From: the human T2T-CHM13v2.0 reference genome, Homo sapiens
Direction: 5' to 3' (one strand)
Assembly (NCBI RefSeq): GCF_009914755.1
Contig: NC_060934.1
Length of the DNA stretch: 64,000 bases
Below, piece by piece: positions 1 to 12,104 of this stretch. Position numbers and translations under genes: made by a program. Every line of letters starts with the position of its first letter. Within the stretch, counting starts at the first letter, position 1. The notes under the pieces are model-generated. The model had not been told where the DNA came from and searched no databases. It was given only the letters and a program-made list of their open reading frames with translations.

Positions 1-254
1 GGAAGGTGAATTGAGGCTGAAGTTTGAGGGAAGAGAAGAGGTCTACCAGGCAAAGGTGCATACAAATGGAAAGAAGAGAATTTGGGGCAGAAGAGTCTGT
101 GTCAATGCCCTGGGGCAGCAAGGAATTTAGTACTTTAATAGACCTGAGAAGAATGAATAAGACAGACTGTTTGGGGCACAGAGGCAATGTTTTAGTTACC
201 CTTCATCACTATGGTGAACATTGTGCAAGGATGTTGAAGGTGGAGCATCCTTTA

Positions 255-414
255 ATAGAGTTTCCAGCAGAGGACTCACCAAGAACCCATGACAGCACCA
301 CAAGAGAAAGCCCAGTTACCCACCAACCTGAGAGAAGGGACAATGCCAGGTCCCACCTCCCTGCTGCAGGAGGCTGTACATGTTGCCCTGGATCCCCTCT
401 CCCGCTAGGCCTCC
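255..414 (+). repeat. Inverted repeat arm 1 (160 bp, pairs with 2220-2379)
   Basis: Manual ungapped alignment to the reverse complement of 2220-2379 gives 139/160 identities. Not recognised as a known TE. Confidence 0.95.
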
Positions 415-439
415 AGGTTATCACATTTCTTCCCTATCT

Positions 440-575
440 GTCATCACAGGTAATGGCAGAACATTCTCCCCATTTTATGGATATGGAAATTGAGGCTCAG
501 AGAGGTGCAGCCAGGCACCCAAGGTCATGCTTCCAGGAAGCAGGTATCCAGGTTCAAATCCAGACCACATGACCC
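440..575 (-). mobile_element. MIR SINE fragment
   Basis: Reverse MIR core: cccattttatggatatggaaattgaggctcagagagg...cccaaggtca. Confidence 0.75.
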
Positions 576-769
576 CAAGGGAGCCTCTTTGCTCTCCTCC
601 CCCACGAACTCAACATGTACCCAGCACCACTTCCTCGCTTGTTGTAGGTGTGGGATTGGATGGCTCAGACCCAAGGCCCAGGCCCACAGCCTCTGGATCC
701 CTGTCCAGTCCTGGGAGGTGTCCTGGCCCCTTGCCTCTCCAGCTGCACCCGGGAGCCTGCTCACTGTGC

Positions 770-1060
770 CTTGGATTTTAATGTTAATTGCCCATAAAGT
801 TTTTCATCTCAGCAAATCACAGCTGTGACCTGCAGGGAAGGGGGCTGAGAAGAAAGGTTGTTAAAATGTGGAATTTGAAAATGGCCATCTCCTTTAAAAA
901 CAAAAGCATGTTTTTGCTACAGGCATCTCAAGGGCCTCTCATCTCCTCGGTCACCCGCCAGAGTGCATGTTGCTTGTCAAGCGATTCCATCTTAATCGAC
1001 AATTCAATTGGTCCAAATTACATTATGTATGTAAATTTCCATCTGCAAATCAGCCTGGCT
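770..1060. promoter_or_regulatory. Candidate enhancer-like non-repeat element
   Basis: AT-richer unique segment with TTAATTG (784), CCCATAAA (791), AAAATGGCC (878) and TATGTAAAT (1028). Motif evidence only. Confidence 0.35.
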
Positions 1061-1379
1061 TGGACATCACTCTCTCATCTGTGCGCCACTGCCCTGGTCT
1101 CCAGCTCCAAGGCCCACCCTCTGCAGGCCAAGGGAGAGGACCTGCAGGGACCAGGAGGTAGAGCCAAGGGCTGGACATCATGTGTCACAGAGTCACACTG
1201 TACCCAAGCAGCAGGGTGCTGGGGGATAAACCAGGCTCTGGGTCCAAGGTGGGTTTCAACCATCAATTTTCAAAGAGAACAAACTGGGGAAGCCCCTGCG
1301 GTGGAGCCTGTCCTCTGATTTGAAGCACAGACAGAATCTGGTAACACTTAATGATGATGCTATCTACTAGGGAGGTGGT

Positions 1380-1610
1380 TGTGTATAGCAGATTAGAAAG
1401 AGCATGGACACTGGAGCCAGACTCCCTAGGTTCAAATCCCAGCTCTGCCACATATCTGCTCTGTGGCTTTGGGCAGATTGCTTAACCTCTCTCAGCCTCA
1501 CTTCTCTTTTCTGTAAAATGGAGACAAGATGGCATCCTCCACATGGAGTAGTCATAAGGATTGGATGATTTGAGCTAGAACAGTGCCCAGCACCATGTAA
1601 GCATTCACTG
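1380..1610 (+). mobile_element. MIR SINE, near full length
   Basis: tggagccagactccctaggttcaaatcccagctctgcca...cttaacctctctcagcctca...ctgtaaaatgg...agaacagtgcccagcac. Confidence 0.9.
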
Positions 1611-1745
1611 TCACCATCATCATCATTACTACTGCCACCATTTTGCCACACAGCATGCAAGAGCCCTTCCACTTGTTAAGTGCCATAGTGAACCTGCTCA
1701 ATTTGATAGGGTGCAAGCTGGCAATGACCTGCTTTCTTCTCCCCA

Positions 1746-1915
1746 CCAGGGTGGGGAGCAGGGTGAGGCAAGGGAAGCACTCATCTTGGGCACATAATTT
1801 AAGAAAGCATCAAAAAACCTCAGTAATAAAAATAAATAATATTTTAATGCAATATTTTTCAAAAGCAACATTTATGCAAAAAACTCGTGATGCACAAAAA
1901 ATCAAAATGAAAACC
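1746..1915 (+). mobile_element. MER96B-like hAT-Tip100 DNA transposon fragment
   Basis: agggtgaggcaag...aatttaag...aaaaaacctcagtaat...aataatattttaatgcaatatttt resembles the MER96B consensus. Confidence 0.7.
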
Positions 1916-2219
1916 CACTTGGCATATATGGTTCTTTTCCTGAGCTGAACAAACTCTTGACAGGTTCCATCCCTTTTTCCTATCACTCTTCTGTGATAAA
2001 AAGTCATCTGGTCACTCGAGTAAGCAAAACGAATCTTCTTTCAATAATAAAAAATGTCCAGTCCAGGTAAGAGCCCACTCTCAGCCCACTTCCAGCCTGT
2101 TCCTGCCACCGGTTTGGCTGGGATGCCACTGCCTTGAGAAACAGGGGCAGCCCAGTTCTGCTCTCCTGACTTCTGCCCTCCTCCTCCAACACATCCCTTT
2201 GGATTCTGACCCTTCACAG

Positions 2220-2379
2220 GGAGGCCCAGGGAGAGAGGGGATCCAGGACAGAATGTACAGCCTCCTGCAGCAGGGAGCTGGGACCTGGCACCGTCCCTTC
2301 TCTAAGGTTCGTGGATAACCGGGCTTTCTCTTGTGGCGCCGTTATGGGTTCTTGGCGAGTCCCACGCTGGACACTCTAT
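2220..2379 (-). repeat. Inverted repeat arm 2 (160 bp, pairs with 255-414)
   Basis: Reverse complement aligns without gaps to 255-414. Carries 7 CpGs absent from arm 1. Confidence 0.95.
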
Positions 2380-5300
2380 CATCTCAGTTCTGTTTCATCA
2401 CCTGCTGGATGAAACAGATGTTCACCTCCAGGTACTTCCGCAGTTCTGAGGCATCCGGGGGTCCTTTTGAGGCCGTATTGCCCCCTGCCCCTGCTCCCTT
2501 TGGGGAGTTACACAGTCAGCCTCTAAGACACAGGCCATCTCACCTGCACCCTTGCTGGCAGCCTCTGTTCCCCCCTCACTGTCCCCTCTGCTGCCTCAGC
2601 CCCTTCCAGCCCCAGCTGCTCTGCTTCAGACTTCCTGGGCATGGGGCAGACAATGGACATTGTGTTTGCCAAACCTAAATATACCCTTGCCAAACCTTCC
2701 TTATAAGCTTCTCCCACAAGGCAAGAGGTGAGAGGGGAACCAACGCCCAGCAGCCCCTGCTGCCCCAGAGGAAGCTTATCTTGGCCTCTCTCTGATCCCT
2801 TTGTGGCAATGAGCATTGAGCTAAGGGTCACAAAACCAGCAGCCACCACCTCCATTAAAGCCCAGCCGAGCAAGTCTAGAGCCCCGTTTGGAATAGATGG
2901 TTTCTTGGCCTCGCCTGCTTGGTTCTCAGCCTTGGGCAGTCAGCCAGAGCTGAGGCACAAACAGAGATGCCTGTGTGTTCACCACATCCCGAAAGGCAAC
3001 TCTCATTCTTCCAGGAACAGATGAGGCATCAGAGGACCCCAGAGACAAACCCCCACCACCAGTGGTGTGGCAGTGCTGAGACACAGCCCCTCAGCCTTCT
3101 GCCTTCCCCCAGGCCAGGCTGGTGTTGATCAGAATAGACATGGCCCTAGTGCAAAGTGCAAGTGGTGTTGTTTGGGAGTTGACAACCTTCACAAAAAACA
3201 CAGTCAAGACACATGCTTTTAGTAAGCACCTACTGCATGCCCAGGCCCCACTTGTTCCAGCAGGTGATGAAAGCCTGACCCCTGACCTTGGAGTGTGTGG
3301 AAACCAGATGACAGTTTGACCCACACACAGGCCATGAGGGGAGAGCAGTGTGAACAAGAGGCCCCTCCCTGACCCGTCCTCAACGAGGGAGAGCTACCCA
3401 GAAACCTCCCCCAGAGAGCTCCTTCAGGACCTCAGCAAGTCCCCAGGCCTCCAGGCAGGGCCTCTTTTAGCAGTTGGGTTTTGATGAGGGGAGGGGGTCG
3501 ATGAGATACAGGCTCCTCCTTAACCAAACACACTGTCCGTGCCACCCAGCATCTTAGGGCCGGGCCAGGGCTCTGTGACCTTTGGCACATGTCTGGGCCT
3601 TTCTGGGCCACTGAGCCTCTACTGTCACATGTTTATCTGGGAAGAATGAAGAGAGTACCTCACATCAAAGGACGGGGGAGAATGAAATGACGGGGTGCAT
3701 ACCCAGGGTCAAGAACGGTATCTGGTGCACACTCAAAAGCACCTTATTGGAGCAGGATGGGCCTCCTGCTGCAAGCCAGGGCCCTGCGCCACCAGAGGAC
3801 GGGGCCAAGGGACACTGAGCAGTCCTTGAGTGCCCCATCTGCGCTTCCCAGGAAAGAGAGGGAAAGTGGTCTCACGTGCTGACAGGTCAGACATTCACCC
3901 AAGAAACACCTGCCCAAGCATAAGGCCTTGAACCCAGTAGGTGCTCAGTAAATATGAAGCCACTAAGTCCCACTGAATGGGAACAGGAGGAGCAGAGCTG
4001 GGCCAAAGGAGAGTGAATTCAAAAGTGGATAATGGAGGACTTCCCAGAAGAGGTGCTGTCTGAGCCAGACAAGGGGAAGAAGGAAGCACCGACCCAGGGT
4101 GGGGGCACAGAAAGCTCGCCCAGCCAGAGGCTCAATGCCTGGCTACCAGGGCAGCCACGGGTTCCCCAACCACACAGGATCACAGGGCTCTGCTCCTCTT
4201 CTCTGCCTGCCCTCCCCATTTCACAGTGCATTCCCTGAGGGCAGGATTGGATCCAGCCCAGACACAAGGGTGGTCCCAGCACCCAGGCTCCTGCTGCCTC
4301 AGGACTGGTGCTCTGAAGCATTTATCTCAGTGCCCCTTGGTCTCTGGAGGCTGAGCTGCCAGGCTGTGCACTATCTCTCCCTGGGGCTCTAACCCATTGC
4401 CTCATTCATTCAACACTATCCCGGAGCACCTTCCATGCACCAGGCACTTCTGCAGTGCTACAGATACCGGGGCAGACAGGACAGTGTCCTGCCACATGGG
4501 GCTAGGAGTCTCCAGCAAGCTAATTGTGGTGACTCTGAGGCCTCGCCTGCTTTCCCAAACTCTTCCAGTGGGGAAGGTCACCTCAGGCTTGAGCCTGGCA
4601 GTGGGGAGTTTTAAACTACAGAGAAGAAGAAAAGCCGATCTCCAATGGGAGTGCTGGGAGGAACAGAGATAGACTTAATCAGTTTTAAGTTCCCTTTCAG
4701 CCCTGCAATGCTCTGAATCCTCCACTCCTGAACACTTGAGAGTTAAACAGAGAGTTCCAGCCCAACCAAAGCCCAAGAGACTCCAACTCTAAGGAGATGG
4801 GAGACCCTAAGCAAGTCCTTTTCTTTCTTTGGACCAGCACAATGAGAGGCCTGGAAATTAGGGTTGCCAGGGCCCTCTCAGCAGACATCACCCAAGATCC
4901 TTGGCTTTCCCTGGGGGCAGGGGAATCCCATAATAACACCCACCTAACAGTGCCCACAGACAGTCCTAGGGCTGTGCTAGGAGTCCCTCCAGGCCCCATC
5001 GAGAACCAGGCAGGGCCCTGGATGGGGAAAGAACAAGCCCTGGGCCCGGACCTCGGGGAGGAGGAGTGCATGGGGCCTCTGGGTCTGGCTGTGAGTAGCC
5101 ATAGAGTTGATAATTCCAACCCAACCCTTTGTACCAGGCCTGCGGAGGCCATCATTCTGGCCACCCTTCACCTGGCCTGTCTCAGATCATTCTGACCACC
5201 CTCTGCCCATCCTCTTTCAGATGCTGCTCCTGCTTTGGCCATGTCCCAGGAAATCACGCTTCAGGTGAAGCCTTCAGCCACCTGCTAATGGGAGTGTCCC

Positions 5301-5885
5301 CTGCCCCGCCCCCCACCCCCTACTACCATCCTCTCTTAGCAGCTCTGGCTCTTCCAGAATCTCCTCTAGGGCCACTCCAGCCACTCTCTGTGCCCCAGTC
5401 CCTCCAGCTGCATAAAGTCCCCTTTTCTGCTCAAGTTAGGGGCATCTCCTGCTCTAACAGAGCCCTGTCTCCTGCGAGACATTGCAGGAGATCTGCTGTA
5501 AGGCTGTCTGTCCCCTACTGACCACCTCTTTCCATGGGGAGCCCAGACTTCGCCTGGCTTAATTCTCAGGAAGAAAGCCCCTCAGGTACCTGAGCTTTAG
5601 TATCTAGAGGGCACTGAGCATCCATCACCTCAACCAACTTGGCAAGTGGGCAGAACAGGCAAGCAAATAGATGAGTAAACTGAAGCACATAGAGGGAAAG
5701 AGCTTTGGCCAAGCTCCCCCAGCAAGTGAGCAGTGCATCTGACATTTGCTTCTGGTTCTCCAGAAACTCCAGGCAGGACTTTTTCCACAGTACCGCACAA
5801 CCCTCAGTACAGCACTAAGCAGGGAGAAAGAAGAGTTGGCACCTCACCCAATGTCCCAAATATTTTGATTGGCTAACAGCACTTA

Positions 5886-6042
5886 CTTTATTTATTTATT
5901 TTTTTTAGACACAGAGTCTCGCTCTGTTGCTCAGGCTGGAGTGCAGTGGTGCCATCGTGGCTCACTGTAGCCTCAAACTCCTGGGCTCAAGCAATCCTTC
6001 CGCCTTAGCCTTCCGAGCAGCTGAGACTCCAGGTGAGTGCCA
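5886..6042 (-). mobile_element. Alu right monomer (truncated AluJ or FRAM-like)
   Basis: Poly-T, then agagtctcgctctgttgctcaggctggagtgcagtgg...ctcctgggctcaagcaatcc; a single arm only. Confidence 0.9.
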
Positions 6043-6569
6043 ATGGTGTGCTTTTAATGTTGCATTTCAGTGCTGTTGGAGGGTCATGTGCTTTTCAGTT
6101 CTCCATGGGCCCCACACTCCCTATGGTCTCATGTCTTCCTCCTGTCCTCATTTCTGTTGTCTGCCTTGTTCCTGGAGGTAGCAGAATCTGTAACCCTACT
6201 GTGCCCCTGGGAGCTGGTCTGTGTGCTTAGCTCGTCTTCACTCCGGCACTGGCCACGTTTCCTTTCGCCCCTGCCCTTGGGGCACTTAGTACCTGTCCTT
6301 ACCTGCAGCCCTGCATTCTTCCTCCTCTCCATGCTGCCCTTCCACAGGTGTGCCCCGCTCCACTTTCCTTGCCTAGAAAGTGCTTACTATTCATTTATCC
6401 TATGTGCATGTTCCAAACAAGTTACCCCGCATGCCAGGCACTACTTTAAATGATAGGGATTCAAGGATTGCTAAGACAGGGTCCCTTCTCTAAAAAGACA
6501 CTAGCACAAAAGCCGATAAACTCAGAACAACTTTGAAGTGCAGAACTGGAGACAAGCGCAGAGGAATCC

Positions 6570-6792
6570 AGGTCTTGCTCAAATATCACCTACTCCAGGA
6601 TAGCCTGGGCCCTGCCTGTGTGTTCCCATAACACCTTCAATGAGTCTCTAGTAGAGCTCTTATCATACTGCATTATAGATACGTTTAAACTGGCATCAAA
6701 AACAAACATATATTCCTTTCAATATTCCCAAGACTTAGATAGGTCCAGGTACCTGTCAGTAATGGGCGAATGAATAAATGAGTGAATGAATG
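6570..6792 (+). mobile_element. L2 LINE 3' end
   Basis: caggtcttgctcaaatatcacct... ending in the L2-type tail gaatgaataaatgagtgaatgaatg. Confidence 0.65.
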
Positions 6793-7989
6793 TCATCATC
6801 AGCCCATTCCCTTGTAGATGTTTATATTTGCACATAGACTGGTGTATATCTGTGTTTCCATTAAGTTAACCCTCTTGGTGGGTACTTATTACCTGCCCAC
6901 CCTGCGTGGGGCCTCCTGCCGTGTCCTTGGTCTGGTAGAGGAATGGACGTGGCTTCTGGCCCATGGCCAGCACAGGGCGGCCGGGCAGACAGGCCCATAA
7001 ACACACAGCTGCGTCCAGCAGTGTGTGCACCTGACCCTGTGTGGATGTGAGTGTTTTCATTTGAACCATGGCATTTCACTCTTGTCCCTTGAATGATAAT
7101 TGGAACCATGCCTGGTGAGTCCATCGGACCCAGTCCTCTCGAAGTCATTTCGATGATATGACAATCTGACCTTGAGCAGAAAAGAAATAAAGTGAAAAAA
7201 GGCAACGTCTGTCTGTGGAGCTGGAAGTTTGACAGTGGCCCGGGAAAGGAGTAAGGGCAGAAGAGGGAACACCGGCCTTGGCATCTGCTGAAGCCAAACG
7301 CTGCCTGGGACATGGAAAGGATGTGGAGGGTGACTGTGAAATTGAACTAAATTGAAAGAGAAGAGGTGTCCACAGCAGGGTGACAAAGCCAGCAAAGAGG
7401 CAGTGCCTGGCAGTGGTCAGGCCAGCCTGTGCCGACACCCACTCCCTCTTCTTTCCTCCTGTCTTCTCCACTCTGACACCTCCCAGAGGTGCAGAGACTA
7501 AAGGTCTTGCTCCCCCGGCAGGCAGCATGTGGACGGGAAGTGGCATTTGGTGGCGTCCTGATCAGGGGGCGAACACCACCGCTTCCCCAAATTGGTTTTC
7601 CGACAGTAAATTATAATTGCTCTAAGTCTTCTAGAACTCAGGGACTGAGATTAATTATGGCTCCGTATCCTATGGCGCTCTGAACTTTAAGCACAGCATG
7701 GTGTGCAGGTTGTTAATAAGAAGGAGAATCTGGGAGGACTTTTCAGATGAGCAAATAAAAAGGGAAAACTGTTTGAATTGGATTCTGCATCTGGGAAGGG
7801 GGGCCTTTCGGGCTTGGGGGGATGCTTCTCATCTTTCCTGTGTGGCCTGGGACTGTGTTTATGATGATCAGAAGCATAAAACGGCTTCCAGGGAGTGGGC
7901 ACCAGTGGCAGGCCTTCATCTACCCCACCCAGAATGGGTCCAGCCACCATGCTGGTGACCCTTTACAGGACTCACAAGTCTAGCAGTCA

Positions 7990-8297
7990 TAAACTCAGAC
8001 GTTAGCAAAGTTGAAAAGGCAAAGTAAGCAAGTGGGACTTGCAGGCCAGGGCTTCTGTAGAGAATGATGAGGCTGGGGATCTAGGAAGTCCATGCCTAAG
8101 GGTCAACCTCTACTGGGCTCCAACCAACCCCTGTGGGAATGTGGCCTGTTCTGTTGGGTCTTCAGGAGCAGAGTTCCAATTTTTAATATAAAATCTCTTG
8201 ATTTTCATAGTTGGAAGCTTATAATTTTTAACACACTCTTAAGGCCAAATATATCTATGCTGGAATTTGGTCCATGTGCCTCCATTGTGAAACCTCT
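7990..8297. mobile_element. MER102-like hAT-Charlie element
   Basis: gggaatgtggcc...tttttaatataaaatctcttgatttt...gttgg...aacac...ggccaaa...aaacctct resembles MER102. Confidence 0.55.
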
Positions 8298-9336
8298 ACA
8301 TCAGAAACAATGTCTTCCTGCAGGTGAGTGGTAGGTTTGGGCCTCTCTCCCTTCCCATCCTTTTGCCTCCTGGCTCCCTGTACATTGTGCATTTCTCTCT
8401 GCAACCCTTGCCACTGGCACCAATCTTTTCATCTGTCCCCCAACTTGAAGCCACTGGATTGGCATGGACTATATAGCTCTGTATCCAAAGCAACTAAGAA
8501 AAGGTACACTACAAATCAGGGGCTCAAATGATGTTTGTTGAATGAATAAACATCATGCACATTTATACCTCTTGTTCCCTGCTCATTCTCTTCATTCTAC
8601 ATCAACTATCCTTGAGTCAAACTCTGACACGTGGCTCCAGTCCAAGCCAATGTCCCCCTGTTCTTTTTGCCATGTTTCCAGGTGTTGAAGCTGGAGTCAG
8701 GCCAAAGAGGGTTAGAAGTAGACAGCATGTAGAGTTCATGGTAGTCACTGTTCAGACAGGCAACTGAATCCTGGAAGGAAGAAACAATTGGCATAAGGTG
8801 AGACCATGAGCTGATAGCCAAGCCATGTCTGGAGCTAGGACCGTGTGAGGTCGAAGCCCCTTAGCTCCACCCTGGGCCCAGACTTGCTCTGCCTTTCTCC
8901 CTCTCTCTGAGAGCATCACCCAGGCTCTCGGGGGCAAATCCTCCCACCAGCCCCCATCCTGAGGATAGGGCTACAGCAGTACAAGTTCCTCAAATCCCAA
9001 GGCTTGAGAGTCACCATCACCTCATCATGCACTCAGCTCAAGGTGTACTGAGAAAGCCATTCATTTAATAGAAAATAGGAATTACCATTTAGAAATTAAA
9101 ATGAATTTATTTTATTAAAAGATGTTCTGGCACTGGGATCCATCACTGCTCTGTCTCTACTGCTGGCCCTGATTGTAGGGTTGGCAGGGGACACCCTGAG
9201 AACATGCTGACCCTGACAACCCAGTGCCTGACTAAGGCATGACCATGACCCCACCCCTTCCCAGGGCCACTACCTGTTGTGGCCGTGGCATTCAGGTACA
9301 AGAAGGAGATTGGAGGAAACAGTACATTTGTGCTAG

Positions 9337-9871
<535 letters not shown>

Positions 9872-9889
9872 GATGGGAAGAGAATACAC

Positions 9890-10110
9890 ACCACTATATT
9901 TCCAGGTAGGAGCACTCTAAATGCCCTACACACTTTAGATTGTTTAATCCTCATAATAACCTTATGAGACAGGCACTCTTATTATAGGCTCTCTTTACAG
10001 ATAGAGAAACCAAGGCACAGAGCGGTGAATTGACTTATACAAAGTAACACAGCCAGTAAATACTGGCAGGGATTCAGACATAGCTACACATAACTCTAAA
10101 GCCCATGTTC
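9890..10110 (-). mobile_element. MIR SINE
   Basis: tttaatcctcataataacctt...tttacagatagagaaaccaaggcacagag. Confidence 0.8.
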
Positions 10111-10199
10111 ATTTTTTCTTAATTAAAAACAAATTAAGAACCACAAACATGCTTCAAAACTCACGAAAGTTCCTTAGGAGTGGGTCTGAAAGAAATAAA

Positions 10200-12010
10200 C
10201 CAGAAAGTATCAAAGATATACAGAGAAAATCCTCCTTCTCAACATCAGCCTATACTTGCAACCAGTCTCCTCTCTCAATAACTATTGTTCATCTATTTTA
10301 ACTTCCAGAGTTTCTTTAGGGGTATGGAAGTAAATATAAGTACAAATTCTTACCCTGCTTTTTTATATAAAAAGTCAGATATTATATACATTGTTCTGCA
10401 TCTTGGTTTTTTTTTTTAATTTTAGACACACATTGAAGTTACAAAAATAGTACAGAGCATTCCCATGTACCTTTGAAAATTTCCCCAGTGACAGCATATT
10501 ATATAATCATAGTACAATGAGCAACACCAGGAAATTGACAATGGTACAATTAACTACAGACTTTGTTTGGATTTTACTTGCACTAACTTTGGGGGAATTT
10601 TGTGAATAACTCTATGAAGTTCTATCACATGTAGAGAATCATGTAGCTACCACCTCAATCAGGATTCAGAACTATTCCATCACCACAATGAAAATCCCAT
10701 GTGCCACTTCTTAATATATTGTCACATCCTATGTCAGCCCTAACCCCTGGCCATCACGGGTCTGTTCTCCATCACCACAACTTTGTCTCTTCAGGAATGC
10801 AATATACAGGGAATCACGCAGTATGTAACTTTAGGACTGGCTTTGTTCACTTCGCATAACGCCCTTGAGATACATATTGCATATGTCAATACTTCATTCC
10901 TTTTTATTGCTGAGTGGTGTTACATTGTATAAATATAGCACAGTTTGTTTATCTATTTTCTGTTGGGAGAACTTTGGGTTGTCTCCATTTTGTGCTGTTA
11001 AAAATAAAGGTGTTATGAACATTTGCGTACAGATTTTTCTATGGCCTTAAGTTTTTCTTTACTTTGAAGTGACCCAGGAGTTGAATGGCTGAGTCATATG
11101 GTCCTAGATGTTTAACTTTAAATGGAACTATCAAAATGTGTTCCAGAGTGGCCATCCCATTTTCCACTCCCACAAGAAAAGCATGGCAGCTCCTGTTGCT
11201 CTTCATCCTCCCCAGCACGTGGTATTGTCAGGATTTTTTTTTAACTCACTCTAACAGTAGTGCAGTGTGATGGTTAATATTGAGTGTTAACTTGAATGGA
11301 TTGAAGGAGGCAAAGTATTGTTCTCGGGTGTGTCTGTGAAGGTGTTGCCAAAGGAGATTAATATTTGAGTCAGTGGACTGGGAGAGGCAGACCCACCCTC
11401 AATCTGAGTGGGCACCATCTAATCAGCTGCCAGCGCAGCCAGAATAAAGCAGGCAGAAAAAGTTGCAAAGAGCAGACTTGCTGAGTCTTCCCACCCTCAA
11501 CTTCCTCCCGTGCTGGATGCTTCCTGCCTTCAAACATCAGACCCCAAGTTCTTCAGCTTTTGGACTCTTGGGCTTACACCAGTGGTTTGCCAGGGGCTCT
11601 CGGGCCTTCGGCCACAGACTGAAGGCTACACTGTCGGGTTCCCTACTTTTGAGGCTTTGGAACTCGAACTGGCTTCCTTGATCCTCAATTTGCAAATGGC
11701 ATATTGTGGGACTTCACCTTGTGATCGTGTGAGTCAATTCTCCTAATAAACTCTCCTTCATATATACAGCTATCCTATTAGTTCTGTTCCTTTCAAGAAC
11801 CCTGACTAATACATACAGTCATATCTCATCACGCACTATACTTTTTTAACTTAACAAAGCAGATTGGAGCTCTTTCTATATCGGACTAGAAAGCAACTCA
11901 TTCTTTATTTTCTGCAGCTGCATCAGAGTTCCTTGTATGAATAAATGCCAATATTTTTGTAAGTGATCTCCATTTGGTCAACATTTGGGTATTTTCAATC
12001 ATTGCTGCTC
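10200..12010 (-). mobile_element. Old L1 3' fragments: L1ME-like host (about 10200-10410 and 11840-12010) interrupted by an L1MC-like 3' end (about 10415-11835)
   Basis: Reverse L1 3' motifs such as ttcattcctttttattgctgagt, gctgagtcatatgg and ttccactcccacaag. The host sequence resumes after the insert. Confidence 0.7.
11266..11813 (+). mobile_element. MLT2A2-like ERVL solo LTR
   Basis: Starts tgtgatggttaatattgagtgt and ends gaaccctgactaataca; about 548 bp. 5-bp TSD TGCAG/TACAG. Confidence 0.9.
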
Positions 12011-12104
12011 AGATGTTTGACGCCTAATTCTCAACCACCACATTCGACTGCCTTTGCAAATACCAAAGACACTATGCATGGACATCTTGTCTCCCTTCAG
12101 CAAA

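Noticed and set aside
24-572. 182-aa ORF overlapping inverted-repeat arm 1
   Set aside because: It starts at a non-ATG codon in L2-like sequence and ends in a MIR. The equivalent frame in arm 2 has a stop codon, and I see no protein family resemblance.
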